Assembly (NCBI GenBank): GCA_028534125.1
Contig: CM052820.1
Location: forward strand, 4,092,001 to 4,156,000
Direction: 5' to 3'
Source: Lama glama
Lineage: Eukaryota
DNA length: 64,000 bases
Made by a program: the position numbers and the translations under genes. Under the pieces are notes generated by a model. That model made no database searches. It was not told where the DNA came from and worked only from the letters and a program-made list of their open reading frames with translations. Below are positions 40,101 to 53,495 of this stretch, piece by piece (the stretch's first letter is position 1; every line of letters starts with the position of its first letter).

Positions 40101-41344
40101 CCAACTAGACCTGAAGCAAAGTGACCAACCTGACGGACAGTGACCTGAGGAGGGACGCTGAGCAGACCCGGAGGGCCCAGCTCCAAGCAGGCCATCAGAG
40201 GACCCTCAGCTCCGCAGAGGAGCCGGGACCAGACAGGACCCTCTCTCCCTCGTTAATACACGGTACGGTTTTTTGGTAACATCCAAAGCACGTAACAATT
40301 TTCACTCCTGTGTCTTTATCTCCCAGAGAAGGAGGCCGAGGACAGGTCCCCTGGCTGGCGCAGAAGTGACACAGCCCTCGAGGGACCCCTGCTGAGCGGT
40401 GGTGGGACCCCAGTGAGGTCACGGTCTACCCCCAGTGAGAGGTCACTCCAGCAGCACACGTAGCAAGTGCTTCCTAACAGGGAAAGTGAGGCAGGAACAG
40501 GGACGGAAGCGCAGGGGTCGTTCACTTATCCCCGTGTCAAGAAAAACTAAAAGGAAAACAAAAACCCAGCATTTCCCATCCCCGATATTCTCCCCAAAAG
40601 TTAAAAAAAAAAAAGATACCCAACTCCCAACCAGATAAAAGCCGGCTCTCCCGTACTGTGCTGATGCAGCAGGAAGTGACAGCTGGCGTGGACAGGCTGT
40701 CACCTCCCCGACACACACGGAGCCCCACTGTGAACACACCTAGGAAAAGCTCTACAGGAGCAAAATCCACGACGGGAAGAATCGACATGCGGGTTTCTCC
40801 CCGCCCTGTAAGTGGAAGAACTGTCCTGGGAACTCTCCAGAACGTGGAGTTGTCAGAAAGATTTACACAGAGAAGTTTCCAGGAGGTTCACTCGTGGCCA
40901 GAGAACAAGTGAGTAATTTTCCTGAGCCAAGCAAAGGTTAATAATCAAAGAAGTTCGTTAAGACTGCCCTGGGCTCAGGCTGCCAGGCAGTTAGTTGCAA
41001 AGAGCCGGTGGAATTTGCCTACTTAAGCAGCTGGAGGAGGTACAGGACAAAGAGAGCCGTCCTCACCCGGGAGCCAGTTTCCTAGAAAACTTTGGGGAGA
41101 AGGTGCTGACTGAGTCTCACACAGCCCCCAAAACCCTGCTCCCCGACCCTAAGGGCCTGGGTCGGACCCAGGGAACCAGGCCAGTCTCCCTCATGGTCCC
41201 GGTGAGCACGTGGGTCCCTGCACCCCAGAGGTAATGCCACTGGTTCCCGCCCAAAAAAAGCAGCATGTGCCAGAGGGACCCTTGGTCAGTGCAGAGCAAT
41301 GCGCTGCAGGCTGGAGTCCAGGAGGGACCACGGAAGTCTGGCCG

Positions 41345-41525
41345 GTGGTCCTCAGTCCAGCACCACTGAGACTCCGGACCACCCTGCACAGGTCCTGGTC
41401 CCCACCCACCAGATGCCACTAACACCTGCCTCCCCAAAGTCAGGACAACCAGAAACTTCTCCAGACGCTGCCAAATGTCCTCTGGGGATTAAATGGGCTC
41501 CCCACCTCTTCATTAAGAACCACAG
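41345..41525 (-). mobile_element. MER20 (hAT-Charlie) fragment
   Basis: CCCACCAGATGCCACTAACACC...GACAACCAGAAACTTCTCCAGACGCTGCCAAATGTCCTCTGGGG...AAGAACCAC matches the reverse complement of MER20. Confidence 0.8.
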
Positions 41526-41529
41526 ATCT

Positions 41530-41641
41530 GGGGGAGGGTACAGCTCAAGTGGCAGAGTGCATGCTAACCATGCATGAGGTCCTGGGTTCAATCCCCAGTA
41601 CCTCCTCAGTAAGTAAACTTAATTACCCCCCCCAAAAAAAG
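41530..41641 (+). mobile_element. Vic-1-type camelid tRNA-derived SINE with perfect 18-bp TSD
   Basis: GGGGAGGGTACAGCTCAAGTGGCAGAG (A box) ... GGTTCAATCCC (B box) ... AATTACCCC-A tail. ATTAAGAACCACAGATCT flanks it at 41512-41529 and 41642-41659. Confidence 0.93.
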
Positions 41642-42134
41642 ATTAAGAACCACAGATCTTATGAAGCTCATGGATTTCCAAGGAGGGAAACTGAGGCCCG
41701 AGGTCACAAAGCGATGCAGAGGAACGATGGAGAGCCCGACCCCAGACGTCCACCTACCGCCCTCTGCCCGCCTCCCCCTGGCTGCCCTTGTCCTGCCCCA
41801 GAGGCAACGCCAAGTCCGCGCCCTGACTCTGCCCACACAGCTTCCACTTTCAGTCCCTTTACAAGCCCCCAGATAGGGCTGACTGTCACAAAGGGGCATC
41901 CGTGCGGTCACAGCACCCCTCCCTGGGCTCTGGGGAGGGCTCACCTCTCCCCTCCTTGGCTGCACCCTGACAGCCGCCCTACCCCCCATTACGGCAAGAC
42001 TCCTCTCAGCCCAGGAGACACGGACGGCAGACCTCTCTGTCCAGGGCAGGTGGACAGGTGCTATCCCCACACAGTCACTGCTGGTGGCCTGCTGAACTAA
42101 CACTCAGAATAAAGACACTCGGACACCTGGCGGG

Positions 42135-42730
42135 AGTGAACAATCCAACAACCGATCTGGAAAAAGTGTGGCGGTTTTTTAAAAAGTTAAATACACACCC
42201 ACCACATCTCCCGGCCACTCCACTCCTCGGCATTTACCACCGCCCCAACCAAAAAAAGCACATGTCCCTACAAAGAGCCATCTGTGAGTGTCCACAGCAG
42301 TTTATCTGTAAAAGCCAAATGTCAATATTAAAAATCAACCAATATCATCACCAGGATAAACTGTGCTAAGGGCACACGAAGGAGCAAAGAAGAGGGAGTG
42401 ATGATACGCACCCTGTAACCTGGATGAGCCTCCAAACCATGACGCTGAACGAACGAATTCAGATGAAGAAAAGGTCCTTTACTGCAAGATTCCATTGCTA
42501 TTAAATTCTAGAAAATGCAAACTCCTCCACAGAGACAGACAGCAGATCGGTGCAAGCAGATGGGAGCAGGAGGGGTGGGTCACAGCGGGACCGTCAGGGG
42601 AGACAGCACGTCCAGAGTCTTAACAGTGGTTCCACAGATGTAACCGTCTGTCATGACTCGTCCAATTGTAAATTCCAATATATGCGGTCTTTCTTACAGA
42701 GATTATAGCTCTATAAGGTTGTAGAATAAC
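42135..42730 (+). mobile_element. Old L1ME-like fragment
   Basis: TGGAAAAAGTGTGGCGGTTTTTTAAAAAGTTAAATACACACC...CCACTCCACTCCTCGGCATTTACC...AAATTCTAGAAAATGCAAACT. Confidence 0.8.
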
Positions 42731-43879
42731 ATAAAGTAAGTGCAGGAGGAACGTGACAGCTTTAAAATTCACACTCTTTCCTGACACACGAGGGTCACAC
42801 GACCATACAGGTAGGACTGCTCAGGTGGGAACACTCAGGAAGCAGCACTGCACCCTCCCTTCTCGGCTACGATGCCGGCTGCCACCTCCGCTGCCCGCTC
42901 TTTGCCCACCCCCCCGAGGTACGAGGCCCCACCGCCCCTCCCTGGCCTCAGGCAGGTCGCCCCTACACAGATGGGGAAGCAGGACTATGCCACACCTGGA
43001 AGGCGAGTCCAACCTAGAACAGAACAAGAATCCAGCCTGCGACCCACTGCCCTAGGAAGGGATGCTCTGGACAGAGCCCTGGATGGGAGTCAGAACTGCC
43101 ATCCCAGGGAAGGACAGCCTGGGGGAGCCCCACGTGTCTCTGTCCCCAGCGCCATTCTCTGCAAGAGGGACGGTGCCATCTGACCCACCTGGCCGCACCT
43201 GCAAGGGGAAAGCAAACACGGGCCGAGCCCCAGGTGGAAAACTGGCCAGGCTCCCCCGTGGAACCAGGACCAGGGCCGTGCACTGGACCAGGCCACCCTG
43301 ACTCTGCCACCTGGCTTTGTGGGACCTCAGGCGAATCACACAGAATCTTCAGGGCATCGTTTCTCCCTATTATGTGAATTGTAGCCCAGAGGAAAAGTAA
43401 CTCCTATTTACACCCGTTTAAACTGAGCCTGTTCTCACCTTTACTATTAAAATGTCACATAATGCGTGTGCCTTAAATTTAAGAGCTACGGTTTCAACCG
43501 GCCCAGAATAAAGACGTCACAGGTTTTCTGAACTCAGGTAAATTTTCAAAGGTACACTGTTCAGAATCTCTCCCTCCTCCCAGACTGTGAACCTATCGCT
43601 GTAGGAAGCCAGCCTGCACTGTGTGATCCCCGGTGCAGTCAAAACCGCCAGCCACTGTCCTAGCGTCCCCAGACCACAGCAGCTGTGACTTTCTTTGGCA
43701 CCACGGTGAGTAAAAGACAGAGCAAATGTGAGCTTCGAACCATAAACGGGCCCCTGAGGAGAAGCGCAGGTGATGGCAATGGCCCAGCCCCTCTGCAGAC
43801 TTGATCTGTGATGTCTCCTCTCTGCATCAGCAAGACGTCATAACCACGGGCGGCGGCTGGTGTGTGAGCCCCAAGTTGG

Positions 43880-44065
43880 AATTCGGACTCAGCCACCTCC
43901 AGCCATGGGTGGATGTGGGCAAAGCTTTAAGCTCTCGGCCTCAGGTTCCCGGCCTACACGATGGGGCTTCTGCCCCCTCTGTTCTGGGATGCCAGATACA
44001 ATGACACAAAGCACATGAAGCCCTTAACACGGGGTCTCACGGACAGCGCCCACTCAATAAACAGC
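43880..44065 (+). mobile_element. MIR fragment
   Basis: GGGCAAAGCTTTAAGCTCTCGGCCTCAGGTTCC...ATGAAGCCCTTAACAC...CACTCAATAAA. Confidence 0.6.
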
Positions 44066-47000
44066 TGGTGCCAGGACAGATTTTATTAGGGGAGGAAAAG
44101 GGAAGGGACTAAAAGGGTGTTCATGAAATGTTTAATATAAATTTCTGGAATCCAGAGCAGGAGCAGCTGTCAGAGATGCCTCCAGGCCACGGTGTCATTT
44201 ACAAGGCAAACCCGCACCCAACATCCGCGGAGGCAGAGCTGTGCCCAGGTCTGCGGGCCAAGTCAGGCTTCTCGGCCAGGGCCCCACCATCCACACACCA
44301 CCTTGTGCTAGCCTCTCCCCGACTGTCCTCACACTTGATGGTGTTTTTAAGTAGCTGTTTGTGTCCCCTGTTCCCCAAAACCAATTCATAGCTAAGGTCT
44401 GAGATGGAGCCACTGGCGGGAGGAGGCGTAGGTGCCAAGGCCCCTTGGCCAGCTGGCCTGCAGCGGCGAGCTTGGCCCGCAGGACCAGCCCTAACTAGTC
44501 ATCGACCCACAAGTGACAGATCCTGAGCAGCTGCCTCATTCCGGGCTTTCCAGGCACAGCAGCCCGGCAGAGAGAAAAGACCAGGCAAGATGGGGCACAA
44601 TAAACCCCTCCACCCGTGAGAGCAGGCAGCTCTGAGGAAGGGCTCAGCTCCAAGGAGCCGGCCAGGGCACGGGCAGCCAGGCCATGGGGCTTCCGGGAGA
44701 AGGAACCAGCAACCCGCTGCCCCAGCTCCAGCCGCCTTTGAGCTCCGGAAAAAGGCTGGAGCCTGAAGAGCAGAGGTGACAACGCACGTAGAAGAGAAAG
44801 ACCAGACACAGAATGGGTGGCCGGGGCCTCGTCTACTGGGCTCCACCCCCTCAGCACCCCTGTCTGCCACCCGGCCTCTTCTCTTCCATCTCGGCAGAGT
44901 GTAGACAGAGGAAAGAAAACAGCATGGATGCAGGTCAAGCTAAGGGCTGGGCCTTCAGGCGTGGCTTCAGGTCTCGGGGGCCCTGCTCACGCGGACGCAG
45001 CTTCTGACAGCCCCTCACCAACAATGGTCCCGGTGACGTCGCACGTTCAAAACAAGAGGGAGACCTGTGGTCAGATAAACTCAGCTTTCTGACAATGACT
45101 CCTGTTGGCATGTCCAAAAATCCCCCAAAAGGCAAAATCATCACTGTTTAAGTTATGTCTAAAAAAAAAAAACTGGAACCCAAGCTGAAAAAACACCCCA
45201 GTGTCTGAATCGAACCAGAGTTTTTAACAAGAGCCCAGGGAACAGTCACCGCGGGAAACGGGTCTTCCTGACACAAGTTCCTGGAAAAGTTCACTGCAGT
45301 GAGCTTTGTACAGTGTCTTCCTACAGGAGTATGAGGCAGGGGCTGTTTACAAGTCAGCACGTGGCTGCGGCAGGATGGAGTCCTCTTACACTGCGAGATG
45401 CAAACCCCACCCCAAGCGGCCCATGCATTTCTCCATCCCTCACCCGTTGACGAGACATCGCCGGACGCTGGGGTGGCTCCAGGGGTAAGACAGAACACGG
45501 GACATGCTCCGCCCTCTGGGAGAGAGTCCTATGCCCCACACACATCTGCACTCAGGAACGTAACTGTAAGTCGCATTAAGTTTCTATGGGGAGCGGCAGG
45601 GAGGGAGGCGGGAGACAGAGGACCAACAGGGAGCCCCGCCACGGGAGTGACTGAAGTGACTTCCCTGGGTCCCTGGGGGTTATGATAAGGCCCCAAGAAC
45701 AAGCGGCTGTTTAAAGCTCAGAGCCAGGCCCTAAGGAGAATTCTGGTTCCTGTTGTTGAACTGGACACGCAAGACATCTGGAAACTGCTTCCACATCAAA
45801 GCGCACCAAGGAGGCTGGAGCACTCTTCTTAAACTAAACCGTAAGAAAGAGAGAATGCCTGCCCCATCAGCGGACGGTACATCCAACAGTCAAGCCTTCT
45901 CCACCTTGAGGGGAGAGGTGGTCACTGTGAGCCGGGGAGGGGGGAAGCAAAGGACACCCGGAGCCACCCAGGAGCTCAGTCCCTCGTCGGGTGACAACTA
46001 AGGAGGTGACAACTGAGACACATTTTGCCGTAAGGTCCCCTCAGCTAAAAGCCTGCCCGGACTTTGAAGAGATGATTGTGACAAAGTGGAAATTAGAAGC
46101 CAGGGACAGTTTGGCTTCTACCTACCCATCTGGATAGTTTAGACCCACAGGCTCACCAAATGGAAACTTGGTTTGGGAGCAGAAGCAGGACTGCGAGCTA
46201 ACATGTCTCGAAGGCCCGAGACAGGGGAGAACAGAGTCTGACCGGCCAGCATCACCTGGGTGCACCCCAGAGATGCACCGCGGGACATGCAGACAGCAGC
46301 ACAGATGAAGACATCGAGAGACGATATGGGGGAGGAATCTGCTGACTCAAGTTCCCCCAAAAGGCCGCGTGGCCACAGGCCAGCTCTGGGCAGGATGTGG
46401 AGAGAGCTGTGGGGGGTCAGGTGATGAGGAGGCTGGGGACCATCAGCGCTTTGTGAGGTCATTGCTGGCTCAAGGACAACCCAGAAGACATGCCACACGT
46501 GGGCCCAGTCTGGGGAGCAGGAATTTGGGCCTAATCGGGTTCTGTAATTAACTCTGTAATTAACACTGCTGAGGCAGGAATCACACAGTAATTCAGCTCC
46601 CAGTTTAGGCCCGGGATGATGTCAATTTTGGAGGCCGCTCCCTAAAACTCACGAACCAGAGAGGTGACAGAGAGCTGAACCAGACTTCTCGGGTCCACCT
46701 GAACACCCTCCACAGAGGCAGCACACCCCTCTGCGCTCGTCCATCCCACACCCGCAGCGTATACCATGCGCTGACCATGACGACCATGAGGTACCACCAG
46801 CAGGGTTACAGGTTCACACCTGCTCCTCTGTCTCTGGCCAAGTCTGAGGGACCAGGGCTTGGGAGAGATGCTGGAGGTGATCTCGGACGAGGCTCCCTCG
46901 GCAGACCCCTGTGCGCTCTCCGATGCTATCATGAGGCCTTCGACGTGCGTGCACCTGTTACACAAGGCACACAAGTGCCAGAGCGGCCACGGACTCCATG

Positions 47001-50000
47001 GATTCCACGCACACGTACAATGTGTCTTCATCTTCCCTTTTTGGATATTACTGTGCTGAGTGGAATTTCACTCTTGGGTTTGCTGGGGGAAGAAGACTGT
47101 GGGTGAAGCAATTCAACACAAAGCCCTGGGCAATCTGGAGAGTCTCCTCCTCCTCACCCTCCCTGTCCCCTCCTCCACCAGCCCAGGTCAGGGCAGGGAC
47201 CAGAGCAACAGATGGGTCGGTGGCTGTCCCTTTGGAGACACGAGGAACTCTGAGATCAAAGTTCCACCCCATGGATTCTAGACTCTGAACCTGAGGCCCA
47301 AAGGGACATGTGTTTCCCAAGGGTTCCACAACGTGTCACTGAGGCAGGAGCCGGTCCTGGTCCCCAGGCTGGGGCTGCCTGTGCCCCTCTAGGCCACGTG
47401 GAGTCATCAAGGCTGTGCCTCCACGTCACTCTGCTTCCAGGAAGTAGTCACGGTGTAACACAATCCAACAAAGAAATGCCTGTCTTCCGTATCAGCACAT
47501 CAGCTGCTCCTAAAATCAGAGTGCTGGACATAGAGGACTGCATGCCACCCCACCAGCAAACCCCCCGAGGCCCAAAGAGGGACTGCCCACATACGCACGC
47601 TCGGCTGGAGCGTTCAAGTCAGAGCACAATCCAAAGTCTGCCTGGGGTTCAAGTTTGAACTGTATCAAGATTAACTATAAAAACTGTCTTCCAAAGCACA
47701 AGTAAAACCAGCCTCCCCAGAAGGAGACACGTCACACTCGATCCACACTTAATAAGCACCTTGTGCCCACTGTGCCTGCACCACAGCTGGAGGCCACGAC
47801 ACCCAGGAAGTCCTATTTCCAAATATCCACTGGGTGCCACACCAGCATCAGACCAGCCTAGGAGAACTTTGCATTCTGTTAAAATGCGAGCCGAATTATC
47901 CTCTGGATGGATGGAGAGACATCCCAAACATTAACAAGTGGAGAAACAAAGCGGTGGTTGAGGAAGGAGTTCATGCTAAACATTCTTTTCACTCTTCCAG
48001 GGGCTTGAAATTTTTCACCATAATATGTCGAGGAAAAGAGGTCCTTCTCAACTTATAACCAAATTTTATCTCTCTTCATAGCAGGACGTCTTGCTCACAC
48101 AAACCGCAGACTCTAGGCTGCAGGATGCAGACCTGGGGGGGTCACTCGCCGTCCACCCAGAGGGGTGAGGGCTCCGTGGACTCAGGTGAGCGCTCCCTCT
48201 CCCTCCCCATTCCCACCCCCACCCTACACGACACCCCCGGACGCCTGCAGTGAGTGGAGGGGCCCAATCTTCCCTGCCGGGTACAACGAAGGCTCCGCTC
48301 TGCGATTCCCCATCTCCTGGTGACCAGGAAACTGCAAATCCTGGGTGTCCTCCTTCAACCTGCATCCCCTCAGACACAGAAGGTGGGACTCTAGGAAAAA
48401 ACCTAGGCTCTGACGTCTGAGTCTGGAACTCAGAGCCACTTTCTGAAAAAGCAGACTGCCGCCAAGTCCAGAGCCAGCTCGCCGTCCAGCCGGGGTCCCA
48501 GAGATGCGTGGACAGAGGCACGAGACCCAACTGCCTGTGACCGGGGGGCCCCCCACCCAAGATTCTCCCGGCAAACTGGGAGTGGCGGGCAAGAGTTTGG
48601 GGCCTGGGAGGTTTGAGGCGGGCAACTGTAGATGTGGACAGTGGGCCAAAGAGTTATACAATTTTTTTAATTCCCTAATAACACAGTGAGGTGGTATGGC
48701 GAGATGAGCAGGACCTCAGAGGACACCAGCCCAGGGGCTGCAAGGAGCTCAGCCGTCCGAGTCCCTGCAGACGGACGTGCACCAGCCACGCTGCCAGAAG
48801 GCGGACGAGCACCTTGGACACCCACCAAAGAGCCTGTGGAGGAGGCAGCGGCCGCAGTACACCTCAGGTGCCTGCCACCCAGTCGTTCAACAGATCTGAG
48901 CCCACCCTGCAGGGCCAGCATCCTTCCTCCACAAACCCCGGGAAACCTGTTGCCAGGCACCCCTCCCAACCAAACCTCAGGGCCTTCAGGGCAGCAAGAG
49001 GTGGAATCCCCCTGACATGGCCCCACTCCTGTGTCCCCGGGATCAAACCGCAGTCCCTTCTCCTGTCCCCTCCATCCTGAGTGCCTGCACCTGCATCTTT
49101 GGGGGCCCATCTCTGTTTTCTTACTCCCCTGTCTAGGCTCCTGCCTTCCTTCACAACAGCCTGGTTTGGAACCCTCCCTTCCTGCCCACCCCCCCCCCCC
49201 GCAAGGCCCTGGCCCCACGGCCACCACCACAGCTTCCATCCAGCCTGGCAACAGCTGAGCGTCTACGCTCACCTCTCTGCAAACGGAAATCTATGTGCAA
49301 TAGTTTCCCACTGCCCAATAAAAGCACTCCCAGCCTGCCCTCTGGGGCTCACAGGGCCCTCTCCATCCTTCCGGCATCCCCTCCCCAGGTCCCCACAGGC
49401 TGGAGAGGTGGAGTTCCGGACAGGCCCCTCCTGTTGCCCACCCGCCCAGGAACCTGCACTGCCTGGCCCTGCCCAGAGTCCAGGTAATTCACTCCCTCCC
49501 TCCTTCCCTCCCCTCTCCACTGCCTGGACCGCTGTGGCCTTCCGCGCGAGCCTGATGTCCCGCACATCTGCCTGCACCCCCAGATTCAATCAGAGGGCTC
49601 TGACCACTGTGGGTGCTTGATAAAATCTAGCCTATTGACTCTCACGTTAGCCGCTTTCCACACTGAACACAGTGAGGATAAACAAGACCCTCCCAGCCCC
49701 CAGCCCTCAAAATAAATATTTGCGTTTGTAAAGCCACTAGATAAGTTCATACAAGCGCATGCCCCTCCCTCTCCCCGGCCCTCAGGTCCTGGTGGCCTTT
49801 GTGGAGGGGGATGGGCGGCTCCCAGGACACAGCAGAAGGAACAAAGAAAATAACCCCTTGAGAGTAACAGAGTCGGCAACACTTAGCTGTTCTTTTTTTC
49901 CTTTTGTGTGTCTACATAATTGCTACAAGCAACAGAAACTGGAGTGCTAATATGTAACCATTAAGACCACAGATCAGTTTGGACCAAGAGTACAGAATGT

Positions 50001-53000
50001 GCTTCGCTTCAGACGCAAACACAGACCCACACATCATCTAAACCCCTGCACTGAGGTGCGAGAGGGACTCGAGCCGGTCTGGGCTCAGCCAGGAGGACCC
50101 CAGCTGACTGCTGATGTCTGGAGGAGCCAGGGAGAGCCGAGGGGACCCCGGGCCAGTTTCAGGGGGATTGCACCGTCTGCGTTTTCAAGGAAAACACTTC
50201 CTGGTGAAGGACTTCACTCTCACAGCTCCTTCTGTAAAGGTGTAATTATTCCACCAAGGAGGAATTAAGAGCCTAGAGAAGATCCTAAATCTAAACACCT
50301 AACGGCTAAGACAGTGCCGGAAACGTACCAGGCACTTGAATAGTTGTTTACGGACAAACGGTGGAAGGAAAACAAAAGAAGGAAAAGCAAAGGAGGGAGG
50401 CAGCAGGTAAACCGCCACCCTAAGTGTCATGAAATGAACCTTGACCAGCCAGGAAAGGTCTCTCCAGACAGAGGCCGCCGACGGAGCGGGGTCAGGACGA
50501 GCGGCTCACCGACCCTAGGAGGAGGGGTAACAGGACGCAGCACTGGGCAGACGCCCGACAGGAACCGGGGCGCCAGGGCAGCAAAGGCACACACGAGCCA
50601 CCTGAATGCCCGTCAACAGGAGCCCAGATAAGTAAACAGAGGCAGCCACCGCTGACCACACACCATGCAGGTGAGCCTCGCCCTGGGCTGGGCACCTGCG
50701 GATGCTGGTTGTACCCAGGTGGTCAGTTTGTGAAAACACCCTCCCTGATGACTTGGGAATCCTTCTGGACCTACGTTCTATGTCGAAAAAAAAGAGTTTA
50801 AGAAAAAAAATGAGGGAGTTGACGTGGTCTTAACCGCTCTAACCCCAAACTGTAAACAATATACAAGGAACACCAGAGATCCAGGCTTCATCGTCAAAGC
50901 TCAAACTGAAACAACTGTTTGTCTAAAATTAGGTTCGCCAGCCTGAACTGCCAGGAGTGGTGTCAGAACAGCACCCAGATCTCTGAAACCACAGCAAAAG
51001 GCAGGCAGGCAGGCCTGCAGCAGTGCCCTCCCTGGAAAATTCTCCCCTCGCAGACAAGGACAATGGGAAACACAAACAGCAGAACTTCGGGGCAATCCGC
51101 TCTCTCCCAGTCCGTTTCCACTTCATTACAACAGCGAGCAAGTAGTTACCATATTTATAATACCAAATCTTGCTGACAGCCACCATCTGCCCTCACACAG
51201 ACAACGTGCAGGAATAAAAACTCTCTCAGGAAACTAAGGTGGGTCTTGTTTTGCAGGCAGTCACCACAGAATTTTTCTCTGCCTCCTTCCTTCCAAGCAC
51301 CCTCGATAACTGCTAGTAGAGTATGTCCTTATCAACTAAAACTCATCGGATTAAAACTAAACTCACCTCCTAAAGATACTGGCCCCCCTTCAATAAAGAC
51401 TATCATCTCAGAGTCGAGTAACAGTGGCTTCGCGTGCTAAGCCGGAAATCAACACGATTCTATTCGCAAGAGCCTGTTGAATGTTGACATCTCTAAGACC
51501 AAAGATAAATCGTTTTGCGAACATGGCCAGTAATTATCTGGAATTCTTCTCCCAGAATCATGAAAAGGGTTTCCCACCCTTAGGGGGAAAAACGCAGCCT
51601 CTAACCACGATGCTAATGACAACCAGACGGCAGGAGCAGTTTTAAAGATTAGACAGTTGCTTGTGTAGAAACACTGCACAAATACTCCAACACGGCAGCC
51701 CAAAAAAAGACAATCCGCATCAAACAGCGGCAGAAGTGTGAAACTTGCAAATGAGCCCCTGGTTAAACAAAAGCACCAATCTGTTCCCAGAGAGCGCGGG
51801 GAGGCCACCTGCTCGGGGCTGGTGGCGAGTTCTGATTACCAGTGGAAGAAACAATATCAGAGCAATGACGGCCCCCGCCCTTGGGCCCGGTCCCCACCTC
51901 GAGCCTGTATTTAGTCCGCTCGTGATGGAAAATGTCCCAACCTCGCACACAGACAGCTATTTGGCTGGTTACTCAAAGGGTCCATTAACAGCCTCTTCTG
52001 CTGGGGCTGCTGTTTTCTCTCCCTCCCTCCCCAGCTCCCAGACGCGACCAGGACAGCCCCTCCTGGCCTCGGACAGTAGTGAGTGGGGAGCACAGGGAGG
52101 TGGAGGGGTTGGACCCGCCAAGACACCAGCCCTGCCCCTGGCCGGGTCCTCCCTGCAGCCTGGTGTGGTGTGCAGGCTCCCCACCCTATAAAACGGGGAC
52201 CAAAATCCCTCTTGGCCCTCGGAGGCACAGAGCTCGCGCAGGACGGGGCTCGCGGCAGCACCCGAAGCCTTGTGCCCACACCCCGAGGGAAATGAGGAGA
52301 GATGAACATCTGTAGAGTGCATTTTCCTTCTCAGAGAGAGGTACTTAACAACGGGAAGGAATTATGTGGCTAAGCACCAGATCAGAACCCCGAACCCTGG
52401 ATTTTAAAAATAACTAAGCCTGATCCGCTTTGCCAAACTCAGTCGCTTAGGGGCAGGGCTCAGAACCCTGGAGCGCTGGGCACGGGGTGGGGGTGGGAGA
52501 CAGAGGTCTGCCCGGATGCTGGGAAACAGGAGGCCATACCAAATCAGTCGTTAGAACAAGCCAGAGCGAGACTCACAAATGATAAACACCTGCAGGGAAT
52601 TCAGGAAAAAAGGATGCAAAATAAGGGATTTTAGTCTTAACAAAATAAAAAGTCTGCTTTGGACAAAAAAACAGAGGTGGTAGTACTAGGGCCGCAGGTT
52701 TTGTTGCGAAGGTTCCGGCAGCTGCAGAAGCTGCTTCTCCCTTCTGACTCACTTCCTCCAGGCCCCCCAGCAGCTCTCATAAGCTGCTAATAACATAGAG
52801 CACTCCTTTTTTTTTTTTTAACAGAAATGCTCTTTTAGCTCCAAAACAACAAAAACAAAATGTATCACCTGCCAAACTACCATAACAAGTGTTGATTGGA
52901 GACCCCACTTAAATACACAGGAGATGACGCTAAAAATCAACCACCTCCGAGGGACAGGAAGGAAAGTCCACAGAGACTCAGGCTGGGGCTTAGGAGGAAA

Positions 53001-53313
53001 CGGGACAGCAGCTGGTCCTGCCTGGCTAAGGGATGCCCTTGGCAACATCGTCCCCCCCCCCAGCCACTCTCCTTGCAGGGCGCCCGACACCAGCACCGTG
53101 GAGACAGAGTGGACACGGACCTGAACCCATCCAAATCTGGGTTTAAATCCCTCCTCCGCTATGTTTAAGCTGTGCGACCAGAGCAACTCCCTGGGCTGCT
53201 GGCCCCCACCTGCCACCTGCGGAGCAGGCCCCTCCACGGACTGAGAACACTGCACAGGGTGCTGGCCCAGAGAGGAGGCCCGTTTTGCTGCAGGAGCTCC
53301 CTCCTGTCCACAG

Positions 53314-53495
53314 CCATGCTTCTCAAAGTGTGGTCCCCGGACCAGCAACACCGGCATCCTCTGGAAACCGTTCAGAGAAGCACATTTCCAGGCCTGCTCC
53401 AAACCCACAGAACTAGAAACTCGGGGGGCGGGGTCTGGTGATCTGTTTCCCCAAGCCCGCCATGCAATTTGACTGCACTGAACTGAGAACCACGG
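53314..53495. mobile_element. MER5A (hAT-Charlie MITE)
   Basis: TGCTTCTCAAAGTGTGGTCCCCGGACCAGCA...TGAGAACCACGG, with terminal inverted repeat remnants. Confidence 0.85.
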
